Below are positions 38,615-50,329 of a stretch of 64,000 nucleotides of DNA, one piece after another. The stretch covers positions 114,032-178,031 of the forward strand of contig JBMOMC010000045.1 of the NCBI GenBank assembly GCA_049325335.1, read 5' to 3'. Made by a program: the position numbers and the translations under genes. Under the pieces are notes generated by a model, which was not told the origin of the DNA, did no database searches, and saw nothing but the letters and a program-made list of their open reading frames with translations. Origin of the DNA: Nitrospirota bacterium (lineage in GTDB: Bacteria; Nitrospirota; Nitrospiria; 2-01-FULL-66-17). The number at the start of each line of letters is the position of its first letter. Position 1 is the first letter of the stretch.

Positions 38615-39973
38615 TCATCGGATGCCCAACGCCTCAAGGGCTTCATGCACGTCTTCAACCCCGATCACGCTCACCCCGGCGGCTTCGGCCCGCTCCGCGT
38701 TGCGGCGCGGCATCACACAGCGCGCAAACCCCAAGTTCGCGGCCTCGCGCAGGCGAATGTCGGCTTGCGGCACTGCGCGAATCTCGCCCGCCAAGCCCAC
38801 TTCACCGAACACCACGGTTTTCGGGTCGAGCGCGCGATCCGTCCAACTCGAGGCCACAGCCGAGGCCACGGCCAAATCCGCCGCGGGTTCATCGAGCGAC
38901 AACCCGCCCGCGACATTCACGAACACGTCCTGGCTGCCCACGCCCAGGCCCACGCGTTTTTCGAGCACCGCCAACAGCAGGCCCAAGCGCGCGGGCTCGA
39001 TCCCATTGGCGGATCGCCGCGGAGTCCCGGCCGCGGGCGACGTGACCAACGCCTGCAACTCGACCAGGATGGGCCGCGTGCCCTCGGCGCTCGCCAAAAT
39101 CGCCGACCCGGACGTGCCGTGCGAGCGTTCGGCCAGAAACAACTCCGAGGGATTCGCTACCTCGGATAAACCGTAGCCCTTCATCTCGAACACGCCGATT
39201 TCCTGGGTGGACCCGAACCGGTTCTTCACCGTGCGCAGGATGCGATACGGGTGGCCCTTCTCGCCTTCAAAGTACAACACGGTATCGACAATGTGCTCGA
39301 GCACGCGCGGGCCCGCAATGGCGCCGTCTTTGGTCACGTGGCCGACCAAAAACGTGGCGGTTCCGGTCTGCTTGGCCAACACCATGAGCCGGCTCGCCAC
39401 TTCGCGCACCTGGCCCACGCTGCCCGCAGAGGACTCCAAGGCGTCGCTGCGCAGGGTCTGGACCGAGTCCACGATGAGGGCGTGCGGAGTCTGGGTGATG
39501 GCGGCTTCGATCGTGCGATCCAACGACGTTTCCGCCATGAGCCATACGCCGTCGCCCGTGGCCCCAATGCGCTCCGCGCGGAGGCGAATCTGCTGGTTAG
39601 ACTCTTCCCCCGACACGTAGAGCACGCGACGTCCCGACCGTGCCAAGCGATCCGCCAATTGCAGGAGCAACGTGGATTTCCCGATGCCAGGATCGCCGCC
39701 GATCAGGGTGACCGAACCGGCCACCAGCCCGCCGCCCAAAACGCGGTCAAGCTCGCTGATGCCGGTTGGAGAACGGGCTTCCGTGGGTTCCAGCGGGACA
39801 TCGATGAGGCGAATCGGCGCGCCGGCCGCGACGCCGACGGGCGGCGCCGCGCTCTGGCTCGCGGCCTCCTCCACCAAACTGTTCCACGTACCGCACTCGG
39901 CGCAGCGGCCGAGCCACTTGGGGTGCTGCCCCCCGCACGACTGGCAGACGAACACCGTTCGGGCTTTGGGCAT
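38615..39973 (-). CDS. radA: DNA repair protein RadA/Sms
   Basis: CQSCG...CAEC Zn finger, GDPGIGKSTL, KNRFG, Lon-like C-terminal domain. Confidence 0.98.
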   Translation of the reverse strand: MPKARTVFVCQSCGGQHPKWLGRCAECGTWNSLVEEAASQSAAPPVGVAAGAPIRLIDVPLEPTEARSPTGISELDRVLGGGLVAGSVTLIGGDPGIGKSTLLLQLADRLARSGRRVLYVSGEESNQQIRLRAERIGATGDGVWLMAETSLDRTIEAAITQTPHALIVDSVQTLRSDALESSAGSVGQVREVASRLMVLAKQTGTATFLVGHVTKDGAIAGPRVLEHIVDTVLYFEGEKGHPYRILRTVKNRFGSTQEIGVFEMKGYGLSEVANPSELFLAERSHGTSGSAILASAEGTRPILVELQALVTSPAAGTPRRSANGIEPARLGLLLAVLEKRVGLGVGSQDVFVNVAGGLSLDEPAADLAVASAVASSWTDRALDPKTVVFGEVGLAGEIRAVPQADIRLREAANLGFARCVMPRRNAERAEAAGVSVIGVEDVHEALEALGIR

Positions 39974-39979
39974 AGCGGA

Positions 39980-40009
39980 ATCATAGCGGTCGGGCGGGCG
40001 AAAAAGCAA
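39980..40009 (-). promoter_or_regulatory. radA promoter TTGCTT-N18-TATGAT, -10 only 6 nt from the ATG (likely leaderless)
   Basis: Hexamers at 40004-40009 and 39980-39985; no SD before ATG 39973. Confidence 0.55.
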
Positions 40010-40249
40010 CGAACCAGGCGGGGTGGATGGAGAGGCCCGGGAAACTGTCACGATCGTTGCAAATTTGCCAGGCATTTTTGCACTGATCGTACAAGAATGC
40101 CGTGAGCACCCACGCGCGTGGGGCGATCAGGTTGCCGGAACGGGCTCAGCGTTTGAAGTGGCACCGTCGGCACCCGTTGCCGAACCCGCTCGAACCGGAA
40201 CCGCGCTCCCCAGCGCTGACAGATTGAGCCCGGCGGGCGGCCCGGTCGT

Positions 40250-40556
40250 GGCCTCGGCGCAGTCCGGTCCCCGAGCCTGCGCCTGGATACGTACAGACCA
40301 CATCCCAATAGCCATCTGAAACCGTCACGCTGACGGTCTTCTCAGACACGTGGGTGGGGTCGGCCTCGCACGGCAGATGGAGATGGGCCCAGACCACGGC
40401 GCCGGTGCTTTCAGTCCCGTGGGTGGTCGTCGTGGGGTCGTACAGCGTCCCGCAACTCGGCGTCCACTACGTAAACGTCAGGGCGTCCCCGCTGATATCC
40501 GAGGCCACTACCGCATAGGTCGTGATGGGAGGCGACAGTTCAGTGGTGGCGGACTA
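40250..40556 (-). pseudogene. Degraded secreted Ig/PKD-like domain gene fragment
   Basis: Frame reads TTYAVVASDISGDALTFT*WTPSCG...VWAHLHLPC...VSVTVSDGYWDVVCTYPGAGSGTG with in-frame TAG at 40467-40469 and a probable frameshift near 40265. Confidence 0.45.
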
Positions 40557-40698
40557 GTCATACCGTCCGACAACCATCATGTGCCGGTGGTACGGCGGGT
40601 AGCCCAGAGGGTCGCGTCCTCCAGCGGCTTGGGGCTGCTGACCAGAATCACCCACAGTCGTATTCAGATTCGGGGCATTGACTGTAACAAGCGCGCGA

Positions 40699-42003
40699 CT
40701 ATTGTGCCGGGGCGTCAAATCTGGTTCCCCAGACCTGGCGCTGGTCGCCGAGAAATCGCTCCCACACGAGTACCGTGTGCCCGTTGGCCGTCGCCATGGC
40801 GGGATGACCGCTTTCACCTCCAATGTTCAGGACGCCGGTGCGCCGCCAGCCCGTTTCCTTCGAATCGCGACTCAACACAATGGCCGACCGGGTCCCCAGC
40901 AGGCCACGGCGCTCGGCCCACACGGCGTAGGCGGTGCCATCATGATCGAGCGCGACCTGAACATCCCAGCCCCGCGAAGACATCCGTGTCGGCTCGGACC
41001 ACCCCAGCCGGCGGTCAAATCGGCTCAACCACACATAGGAGTAGTCACAGTGGTGAGCGAGACAGCGCCGCTGCACCCACGCCGCGACGGCCTCACCGAG
41101 CCGGTTCATGGCGACTTGGGGATACACCGAGTCATCGTGCTGCCGTTCCACGGCCATCGGCGGATTCCAGGTACCGGTCGAATCGCGGTCGCGAGCATAC
41201 ACGCGGAAATCCGAACCTTCGAATTGGCGCCACACCACAACCGCACTGCCGTCCACGGAGAGCGCGACCTGCGCATGGAGTGCGTCTCCAACACCGAGAT
41301 CAAGCGTAGTGGCTGGCTCCCAGCCGTGGTCGGGCCCAGCGCTCGCGGCCACCACGCGGTACCGATCATCGCCCCATTGTGACCAGACAACCGCCGCCTC
41401 ACCGGCTCCACCTATCGCCAGACGCGGGCTGACGGCGGGACCTGACATCGTCGCCACAACCTCCTTGTCGCCCCAACCATGGTCAGGACGGTAGCGCAGG
41501 GCCCAGAGGCGCGTTTGTGGGTTGTCCTTCTCTTTCCATAAAACCATCGCGCCGCCCGATGAGGGTTCCATGGCGAGCGCGGGTTCGGCTCCACCCCGCC
41601 CGCTGATTTGCGTCGCGGGCGTACATCCCACATCCACATCGCAGCGGGTGGCGAACACGGCTCCGATTCCATGACGCGCTTCCACCCATACGACGATGGC
41701 ATGCCCACGGCGGTCCATCGCGAGTCGCACATCTGATGCCGTCGCGTCTTGTGAGCTCACGATGAACGGCTGTTGCCATCCGGCTCCGGGTACATACCAG
41801 CTTGCCAACAGCGCCAGACCCGTGGCGTCCCGCGCGATCCACGCCGCCAGGCCATTCCCGGTGTCATCGACAGCGGCAGATGGTGAGAATCCTCCAAACC
41901 CTGATCCGGTATCGGCGTGCAGCATACTCGTCGCCAAATTTCCAGTGGCGGTCGGATTCAACAACTGGCAGGCTGTCAAGGATAGGGATGCGTACCCGAG
42001 CAT
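40699..42003 (-). CDS. Secreted/lipoprotein with repeated beta-propeller-like units (start uncertain)
   Basis: LSLTAC lipobox-like motif; recurring unit (D/N)xxGxAxxxW...A.RY....GW about seven times. Confidence 0.65.
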   Translation of the reverse strand: MLGYASLSLTACQLLNPTATGNLATSMLHADTGSGFGGFSPSAAVDDTGNGLAAWIARDATGLALLASWYVPGAGWQQPFIVSSQDATASDVRLAMDRRGHAIVVWVEARHGIGAVFATRCDVDVGCTPATQISGRGGAEPALAMEPSSGGAMVLWKEKDNPQTRLWALRYRPDHGWGDKEVVATMSGPAVSPRLAIGGAGEAAVVWSQWGDDRYRVVAASAGPDHGWEPATTLDLGVGDALHAQVALSVDGSAVVVWRQFEGSDFRVYARDRDSTGTWNPPMAVERQHDDSVYPQVAMNRLGEAVAAWVQRRCLAHHCDYSYVWLSRFDRRLGWSEPTRMSSRGWDVQVALDHDGTAYAVWAERRGLLGTRSAIVLSRDSKETGWRRTGVLNIGGESGHPAMATANGHTVLVWERFLGDQRQVWGTRFDAPAQ

Positions 42004-42050
42004 CACTAACGGGAGAACGCGACTCAGTCTAACAGACGGAGACGGTCTGG

Positions 42051-42197
42051 CAGGGTGCTGAGAAAGTCCCATGACGGAGAGTCCCATTCTGGTATACAGG
42101 CGCCGTCCTTCCGGGGGGTGCGCGATGTGTGGCAGCCAGGACCCTCAGAGCGGGTTGTTCAGTTACGTGGCCCCGGAGCACCGCTGCGCATCCCCAA
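42051..42197 (+). mobile_element. IS5/IS1182-like left-end remnant with transposase N-terminus
   Basis: CAGGGTGCTGAGAAAGTCC terminus at 42051; ATG 42125 gives MCGSQDPQSGLFSYVAPEHR, resembling the MRG...Q..LFSY..PE.R(VP.DHPLR) transposase start; truncated at the clpB hairpin. Confidence 0.6.
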
Positions 42198-42199
42198 GA

Positions 42200-42221
42200 C
42201 GGGGGCGGGAGACCGCCCCCG
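42200..42221 (-). terminator. GC-rich hairpin after clpB (CGGGGGCGG-N4-CCGCCCCCG)
   Basis: Perfect 9-bp stem 5 bp after the clpB stop; weak U tract. Confidence 0.6.
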
Positions 42222-42226
42222 CTGCA

Positions 42227-44827
<2,601 letters not shown>

Positions 44828-44872
44828 CGCACGCCCCCCTCCGCTCCATCATCAAGACCGCGACTACCGAAC

Positions 44873-45259
44873 CTATCCGCGGCGAATAGATACGGGAATC
44901 GCCCGCGAGGCGGGCGGTTCCGCGTGCAATCGCTCGTGGCGGTTGGCGAGTTCACGCGTCATTCGCTCATGCCACTCCTGCATCCACCCTTGGATCACGG
45001 ACGCGACATCCTGCACGTGATCCTGCAACTCGAGAATCTTGGCCACGCCCGCGAGGTTGATCCCCTCATCCCGCGTGAGATGCACGATCAGTTTGACCCG
45101 TTCAACGTCGCGGTCCGAATACAACCTGGTCTTCCCGCTACTGCGCGATGGCTTCAGCAACCCCTCGCGCTCGTACATCCGTAACGTCTGCGGATGCACC
45201 CCGGCAAGCGCCGCCACCCCGCCGATGTGGTACATCGGCCGCGCCCCATCCTCGGACAT
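44873..45259 (-). CDS. hspR: MerR-family heat-shock repressor HspR
   Basis: YHIGGVAALAGVHPQTLRMYEREGLLKPSRSSGKTRLYS...GINLAGV; between hsp20 and clpB. Confidence 0.85.
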   Translation of the reverse strand: MSEDGARPMYHIGGVAALAGVHPQTLRMYEREGLLKPSRSSGKTRLYSDRDVERVKLIVHLTRDEGINLAGVAKILELQDHVQDVASVIQGWMQEWHERMTRELANRHERLHAEPPASRAIPVSIRRG

Positions 45260-45263
45260 CAGA

Positions 45264-45704
45264 TCACTTGACCTCCACGGTGATCGACCGACTGGAACCT
45301 TGGGTCCGCTTAGGCAGCCGCACTTCAAGAATCCCGTCTTTGAGCCGGGCTTCCACGCGCTCTTGGTCGATTGTTGACGGCAACGTGAACGAACGACTGA
45401 AATTGCCGTACGCGCGCTCGATCCGGAAATAGTGTTCTTTCTTGACCGCGTTTTCGATCGTACGTTCGCCCCGAAATGTCAGCACATTGTCGCGGATCTG
45501 CAGCTCAACGTCCTCGAGGTCCACACCCGGCACTTCGGCCATGAGGACAATCTCGGACTCGGTCTCCAAAATATCGACCGCCGGACTCCAGTGAGCGGGA
45601 CGTTCGTCAGGCTGTTTCGCCGTACCACGAGCCAAGGATTCTTCGAACAATTGGTTCATGCGATCCTGCAGCGATAACAAGTCTTTAAACGGTTCCCAGC
45701 GCAT
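45264..45704 (-). CDS. Hsp20/alpha-crystallin small heat-shock protein
   Basis: WSPAVDI, AEVPGV, ERAYGNFSRSFTLP, LKDGILEVRLPK; SD AAGGAG. Confidence 0.96.
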   Translation of the reverse strand: MRWEPFKDLLSLQDRMNQLFEESLARGTAKQPDERPAHWSPAVDILETESEIVLMAEVPGVDLEDVELQIRDNVLTFRGERTIENAVKKEHYFRIERAYGNFSRSFTLPSTIDQERVEARLKDGILEVRLPKRTQGSSRSITVEVK

Positions 45705-45743
45705 GGAGGCTCCTTTTTATTTAGAAAATATAAACTTAGTGTC

Positions 45744-45772
45744 ACTATAAAACATGATTGTATCGATGTCAA
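45744..45772 (-). promoter_or_regulatory. Sigma70 promoter of hsp20-hspR-clpB (TTGACA-N17-TATAGT)
   Basis: Near-perfect consensus in an AT-rich intergenic region. Confidence 0.8.
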
Positions 45773-45841
45773 GAAATGGCGACAGCGGAATCAACGGGTT
45801 TTGACGGCTGTCAGCACCGTATGATACGTTTACCAACCGTG

Positions 45842-46528
45842 ATGTCGGGACGCACGTTCATTGCCGCGGGACTTATTGTCGCCATCGCCGGCCTGGGATT
45901 TCCTGGTCTTGCTCCCGCCGATACGCAGATCTTTCGGTACGTCGCACCGGACGGCTCGATCCACTACGCGAATGCCCCCATGACCGGCAGTTACCGTCCG
46001 TACTCCATGCGGTCCGACGTCGGATTCTCCAGGCTGAAACCGGGGAAAGTCCACCGAAGCCGGTATTACACGCTGATCGACAAAACCGCGCGCGATCATC
46101 AGATGGATCCCGCCCTCATTCGAGCCGTGGTCAAAGCGGAATCCGATTATGACCCGCAGGCCGTCTCGTCAGCCGGCGCGCTGGGTTTGATGCAGCTCAT
46201 GCCGGGCACGGCGCAGGATTTGGCCGTGCGGAACCCGTTCGATCCGGAGGAAAACGTACGCGGGGGGGTACAATACCTCCGCTATCTCTTAACCAGGTTC
46301 AACGGAGACACGGCCCTCGCAGTGGCCGCGTATCACGCGGGCGAACAGAACGTGGAGCGACACAACGGCGTTCCACCAATCGAGGCCACCAAAGCGTACG
46401 TCAAACGCGTGCTCACCTACCACAAGCAATACCGGCAGACCATGCCGGAGACCGAACCCGCGATCTACCGCGTACGTTCAGGCGACGCGGTGCACTACAC
46501 CACGACTCCGCCCCCCGACTACCGCTGA
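45842..46528 (+). CDS. Lytic transglycosylase (SLT domain) with N-terminal DUF4124-like region
   Basis: AVVKAESDY, AGALGLMQLMPGTA, AAYHAG, YVKRV; signal peptide. Confidence 0.92.
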   Translation: MSGRTFIAAGLIVAIAGLGFPGLAPADTQIFRYVAPDGSIHYANAPMTGSYRPYSMRSDVGFSRLKPGKVHRSRYYTLIDKTARDHQMDPALIRAVVKAESDYDPQAVSSAGALGLMQLMPGTAQDLAVRNPFDPEENVRGGVQYLRYLLTRFNGDTALAVAAYHAGEQNVERHNGVPPIEATKAYVKRVLTYHKQYRQTMPETEPAIYRVRSGDAVHYTTTPPPDYR

Positions 46529-46634
46529 CCGGTCGTGACACCCCCGACTGAAGAGCCGAGCGCACCGCGTTGTTCGCGGTGAACACCGAACACCCGCGAC
46601 ACTCGCCGTCGCAACAGACCGGCAACCTTTCTTT

Positions 46635-48188
46635 CTAACCAACCGATTCCTCACGGGACACGGAGATGTGTCGCCGCCAACCCGGTCCCTTCACCGGGGA
46701 ATCCCGGCGGAAATGACAGCCGAGACTGCCACGACGTTCGAGGGCCGAGCCGGCGACCAACGCCGCAACCAATCGGAGATTTTTCACTTCCATCGCCTCG
46801 CGCGAGCGAAACATCGTGTCGTCCAGCCACGACTCCCGACGCAGGCCGTCGAGCGCGCGGCGGATCGAGGCGGCGCTCCGCACGATTCCCACGCCCTCCC
46901 ACATCAGACGACGCACGCTCTCGCGGATCGCGGCCAATCGCGCACGGTCCACCCCCTCCACCGGGGCCGGCACTTCCGCGTGGACCGCTGATCCTGAGCG
47001 CAATCCGCACGCACGCGCGGCCGCCGAGCCCGCGCGCGCGCCGAACACCAGTCCTTCCAGCAACGAGTTGCTGGCCAGGCGATTGGCGCCGTGCACCCCG
47101 CTACAGGCCGCCTCGCCCACGGCGTACAGCCCCGGCACGCTCGTTCGACCACGGACGTCGGTCTTGATCCCGCCGATCATGAAGTGCGCGGCTGGCGCCA
47201 CCGGAATCGGCGCGGCGGCGATGTCCACCCCGTATCGTCGGCAGGTCTTGGCGATCAAGGGGAACCGATCCCATAACCAGGCGCGAGGCAACGCGGTGAC
47301 GTCCAGAAACACGTGATCGTTCCCGCTGAGCGCCATCTCCTCCCAAATCGCCTGCGCCACCACGTCGCGCGGGGCCAGATCGCGCCGCACGTCGTACCGC
47401 GCCATAAACGCCTCTCCCGCCGCGTTGCGCAAGATCGCGCCTTCGCCCCGCATCGCCTCCGACAATAAAAACGGCGGCGCGCCGGGCACCGCCAACGCGG
47501 TCGGGTGGAACTGGACGAACTCCAAATCTTCGAGCACGGCGCCCGCCCGATACGCCATCGCCAGCCCGTCGCCGGTCGCGACCGCGGGATTGGTCGTGCG
47601 CCAATACGCTTGCCCGATCCCGCCGGTGGCCAAAATCACGGCGCCGGCGCGAATCACGCGAAAACGCCCGCGATCAAGCACCCGCACGCCGACGCATCGG
47701 CCCTTCTCCACGCACAAATCCACCGAGAACACTCCGGCCGCGGCGGTGATGCGCGGGTGGGACTGAACGAGCCGGAGCAACACCGTGGTCATTTCCTTGC
47801 CGATGCGGTCACCTCCCGCGCGCAGGATCCGTCGGCGGGAGTGCGCACCCTCGTGCGCCTTGGCGTACCGCCGTCCGTCGCGATCGAAACGAACGCCCCA
47901 GCGAATCAGCTCCCGCACGCGCCGCTCGCCCTCATCGACCAAGATCCGCACGGCCTCCGGCCGACACAGTCCGCGACCGGTCCGCAACGTATCCGCGACG
48001 TGCGAGTCCCGCTCCTCGCGGCCGCCGAGCGCCACCGCGATGCCGCCCTGCGCGTAGGCACTGTTGCTCTTATTCCCCCGTTCTTTGTTGATGATGAGGA
48101 CGCGCCGAGTCCTGGCGGCGGCGATGGCCGCTCGCAGGCCGGCCACGCCGCCGCCCACGATGAGAACATCCGTTGATGCAGGCACCAC
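46635..48188 (-). CDS. nadB: L-aspartate oxidase
   Basis: GGGVAGL, SAYAQGGIA, EGAHSRRRI, QFHPT, SEAMRGEGA, HFMIGG, HGANRLASNSLLE. Confidence 0.95.
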   Translation of the reverse strand: MVPASTDVLIVGGGVAGLRAAIAAARTRRVLIINKERGNKSNSAYAQGGIAVALGGREERDSHVADTLRTGRGLCRPEAVRILVDEGERRVRELIRWGVRFDRDGRRYAKAHEGAHSRRRILRAGGDRIGKEMTTVLLRLVQSHPRITAAAGVFSVDLCVEKGRCVGVRVLDRGRFRVIRAGAVILATGGIGQAYWRTTNPAVATGDGLAMAYRAGAVLEDLEFVQFHPTALAVPGAPPFLLSEAMRGEGAILRNAAGEAFMARYDVRRDLAPRDVVAQAIWEEMALSGNDHVFLDVTALPRAWLWDRFPLIAKTCRRYGVDIAAAPIPVAPAAHFMIGGIKTDVRGRTSVPGLYAVGEAACSGVHGANRLASNSLLEGLVFGARAGSAAARACGLRSGSAVHAEVPAPVEGVDRARLAAIRESVRRLMWEGVGIVRSAASIRRALDGLRRESWLDDTMFRSREAMEVKNLRLVAALVAGSALERRGSLGCHFRRDSPVKGPGWRRHISVSREESVG

Positions 48189-48200
48189 GCGAGGGGGGAA

Positions 48201-48647
48201 TTACGGCGTGACGGCCGGAGCAAACGGCATGTCGCCGACCACGGCCGTCAGCAGGACGCGCTCGCGCGTCTGAACGATGAACCGAGCGGCGCCCTGCCGC
48301 ACCACCGGGTCGCGTCCGGGCCCGCGCCATCGCCCGTCCCATCGGACATACACCGTGGCGGTGTCGGCGTCCAGATGGATTCGCTCGATCGTCACCGGCA
48401 AGTCGATGTCATCGAATCCGGCGGCCGCGGCCTCGACGGTGCGCTGCAGCGCATCGCGGTCGGCGAACGACGGCGCAATACCCGCCATGACGGCGGCCGC
48501 GTCGCGACGTTCATAGGCGCGACTCAGGTCGGCGACGAACCCGGCCACGGACTGTACCCGCCGCCCGTCTTCGGTCAGCTTGGGCGCGCCCGCGCACGCG
48601 CTGAGCACCGCCAGCAACACGACCGCCACTCGACATCCCCTCGCCAT
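48201..48647 (-). CDS. Hypothetical lipoprotein (NTF2/SnoaL-like pattern)
   Basis: Lipobox LSAC; LSRAYERRD...ATVYVRWDGRW. Confidence 0.65.
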   Translation of the reverse strand: MARGCRVAVVLLAVLSACAGAPKLTEDGRRVQSVAGFVADLSRAYERRDAAAVMAGIAPSFADRDALQRTVEAAAAGFDDIDLPVTIERIHLDADTATVYVRWDGRWRGPGRDPVVRQGAARFIVQTRERVLLTAVVGDMPFAPAVTP

Positions 48648-48654
48648 GCGGCGC

Positions 48655-48725
48655 ATTATAAAAACCTCGCCACCCACGGTCAAGCACGACGCGGCTTGCA
48701 TTCCGTCGGGCAATCGCCCTACAAT
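48655..48725. promoter_or_regulatory. Back-to-back sigma70 promoters: minus TTGACC-N17-TATAAT (48683 to 48655) and plus TTGCAT-N18-TACAAT (48696-48725)
   Basis: Direct reading of hexamers between the divergent genes. Confidence 0.7.
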
Positions 48726-48760
48726 GCGCGCCACACTGTGGAACTGGTCGAGGAACCCGT

Positions 48761-48850
48761 ATGTCACGAGTCGTCAAAAAGCGCCGCAAAAAAATGCGCA
48801 AGCACAAATACAAGAAGCTGCGCAAAAAGATGCGCCACAAGCGTAAATAA
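48761..48850 (+). CDS. 29-aa basic AURKAIP1/COX24-domain protein (bS22/mS38-like ribosomal protein)
   Basis: MSRVVKKRRKKMRKHKYKKLRKKMRHKRK*; SD GAGGA; below the ORF track length cut-off. Confidence 0.88.
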   Translation: MSRVVKKRRKKMRKHKYKKLRKKMRHKRK

Positions 48851-48892
48851 CTCGTCCTGGCGCGGGTTCGCGGTTTTTGGTACGCTGATCGG

Positions 48893-50263
48893 GTGTTAGG
48901 TCGTCTCCCTTGGCCCCGCCAGCTCACGCGGGGCATCGCGGCGATCACCGTCGCCGCGATCGTTCTATGGGGCTGCGTTACCGCACCGGAACACACGTCG
49001 CAGGCTGAATCCAGCCAACCGACGCCGTCCAAAGCGTACGGTCGCGCCTTTCTCGCCGAAGCGCGACAGACGTTTCGGTTCATCCTGGACCCGGACGTGA
49101 CCGGCCCGGTCCAGGCCACGGGCGCACGACTCGTCCGCTCCATGGGGGAAGACGTCGAGGCCGTCCATTTTTTCGTCGTTGACGAGCCCCAACCCAACGC
49201 GTTCGTGGTGCCGGGAGGTTACGTCTTCGTCTTCTCCGGCCTCCTCGCCAAACTCTCGGACGAAGAAGAACTCGCGGGGGTGCTGGCTCACGAACTGGGC
49301 CACGTCTCCTACAATCATTTCTTTCAGAACCGCAACCAGGTGCTCGCGCTCAACCTCGCCACGGTCGCGGCGTTGTTGCTGAGCGGAGGCCACCCCGCCG
49401 CGCTCGCCTTCGGCCTCGGCGCCGACTACCACCTGAAGCTCGCCTACAGCCGCGACAACGAGAACGAGGCCGATGCCGCGGCCGTGAAATTCCTGCGCCG
49501 AGCCGGATATGATCCGTCCGGGCTCGCCCGATTTTTTCGCACGCTCGAGATTTACGAACGGTTCAATCCGCCGCTGGTTCCCGCCTACTTCACCACGCAC
49601 CCCGGCGTATCCGATCGGCTACGGGTGGTTGAAACCATGATCGCTGGGACCCCACCGCCGCCCAGCGCTCCCCGCGCGGAAGTTATTGACTGGGGGCGGC
49701 TCAAAGCCAGCCTGAACGCGCCCCCGGATGAACAGGCCGCGACGCCGCGCGACCGCTACCTTCGCGGCGTCTATTTCGCAAAGAACCACCGTGTGACTCC
49801 CGCTATCACGGAGTTTCGTGCCGTCCTGGCAGCGGACCCTCGTCACGGCACGGCGCGCGCGGAATTGGCGTGGGCGCTCTTACTGGATCAACACCGGGAC
49901 GACGCGCGCCGGGAAGCGCGCCGCGCGCAACAAGACGCCCCCGAAAGCGCCGGCCCCTATCTCGTGCTCGGCATTCTGGCGCAAGACGCGGGCGATCATC
50001 GGGAAGCCGTCCGGTATTTTCAGGACGCCGTGACGCGGGCGCCCGAGGACCCCACCACGCACCTTCGTCTGGCGAGCTCATACGCCGCGTTGAACGACCC
50101 CGCGCGCGAGCGGTACCATCTGGGGCGACATCTCCGCCTGTCATTAATGCCGGAACGCGCCGCGGCGCTGTACCAGCAACTCTTAACAACGCCCGGAGCC
50201 GACCCTGAGCTCAAACGCGCCGCGGAACACGAGATCCAGATCATCACGCGCGAAGGTATTTGA
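48893..50263 (+). CDS. M48 metalloprotease with TPR repeats (BepA-like lipoprotein)
   Basis: PNAFVVPGG, LAHELGH (HExxH), YSRDNENEAD, THP; C-terminal TPR-like helices. Confidence 0.9.
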   Translation: MLGRLPWPRQLTRGIAAITVAAIVLWGCVTAPEHTSQAESSQPTPSKAYGRAFLAEARQTFRFILDPDVTGPVQATGARLVRSMGEDVEAVHFFVVDEPQPNAFVVPGGYVFVFSGLLAKLSDEEELAGVLAHELGHVSYNHFFQNRNQVLALNLATVAALLLSGGHPAALAFGLGADYHLKLAYSRDNENEADAAAVKFLRRAGYDPSGLARFFRTLEIYERFNPPLVPAYFTTHPGVSDRLRVVETMIAGTPPPPSAPRAEVIDWGRLKASLNAPPDEQAATPRDRYLRGVYFAKNHRVTPAITEFRAVLAADPRHGTARAELAWALLLDQHRDDARREARRAQQDAPESAGPYLVLGILAQDAGDHREAVRYFQDAVTRAPEDPTTHLRLASSYAALNDPARERYHLGRHLRLSLMPERAAALYQQLLTTPGADPELKRAAEHEIQIITREGI

Positions 50264-50280
50264 GCCTCCCGCGCAGTTGC

Positions 50281-50310
50281 TTGACAAGGTTCGCCGTGAT
50301 TTCTTATAGT
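50281..50310 (+). promoter_or_regulatory. Sigma70 promoter of the yceD-rpmF-plsX-fab operon (TTGACA-N18-TATAGT)
   Basis: Consensus hexamers 19 bp before the yceD ATG. Confidence 0.7.
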
Positions 50311-50329
50311 CAGCGCGCTGTTTACGGCC

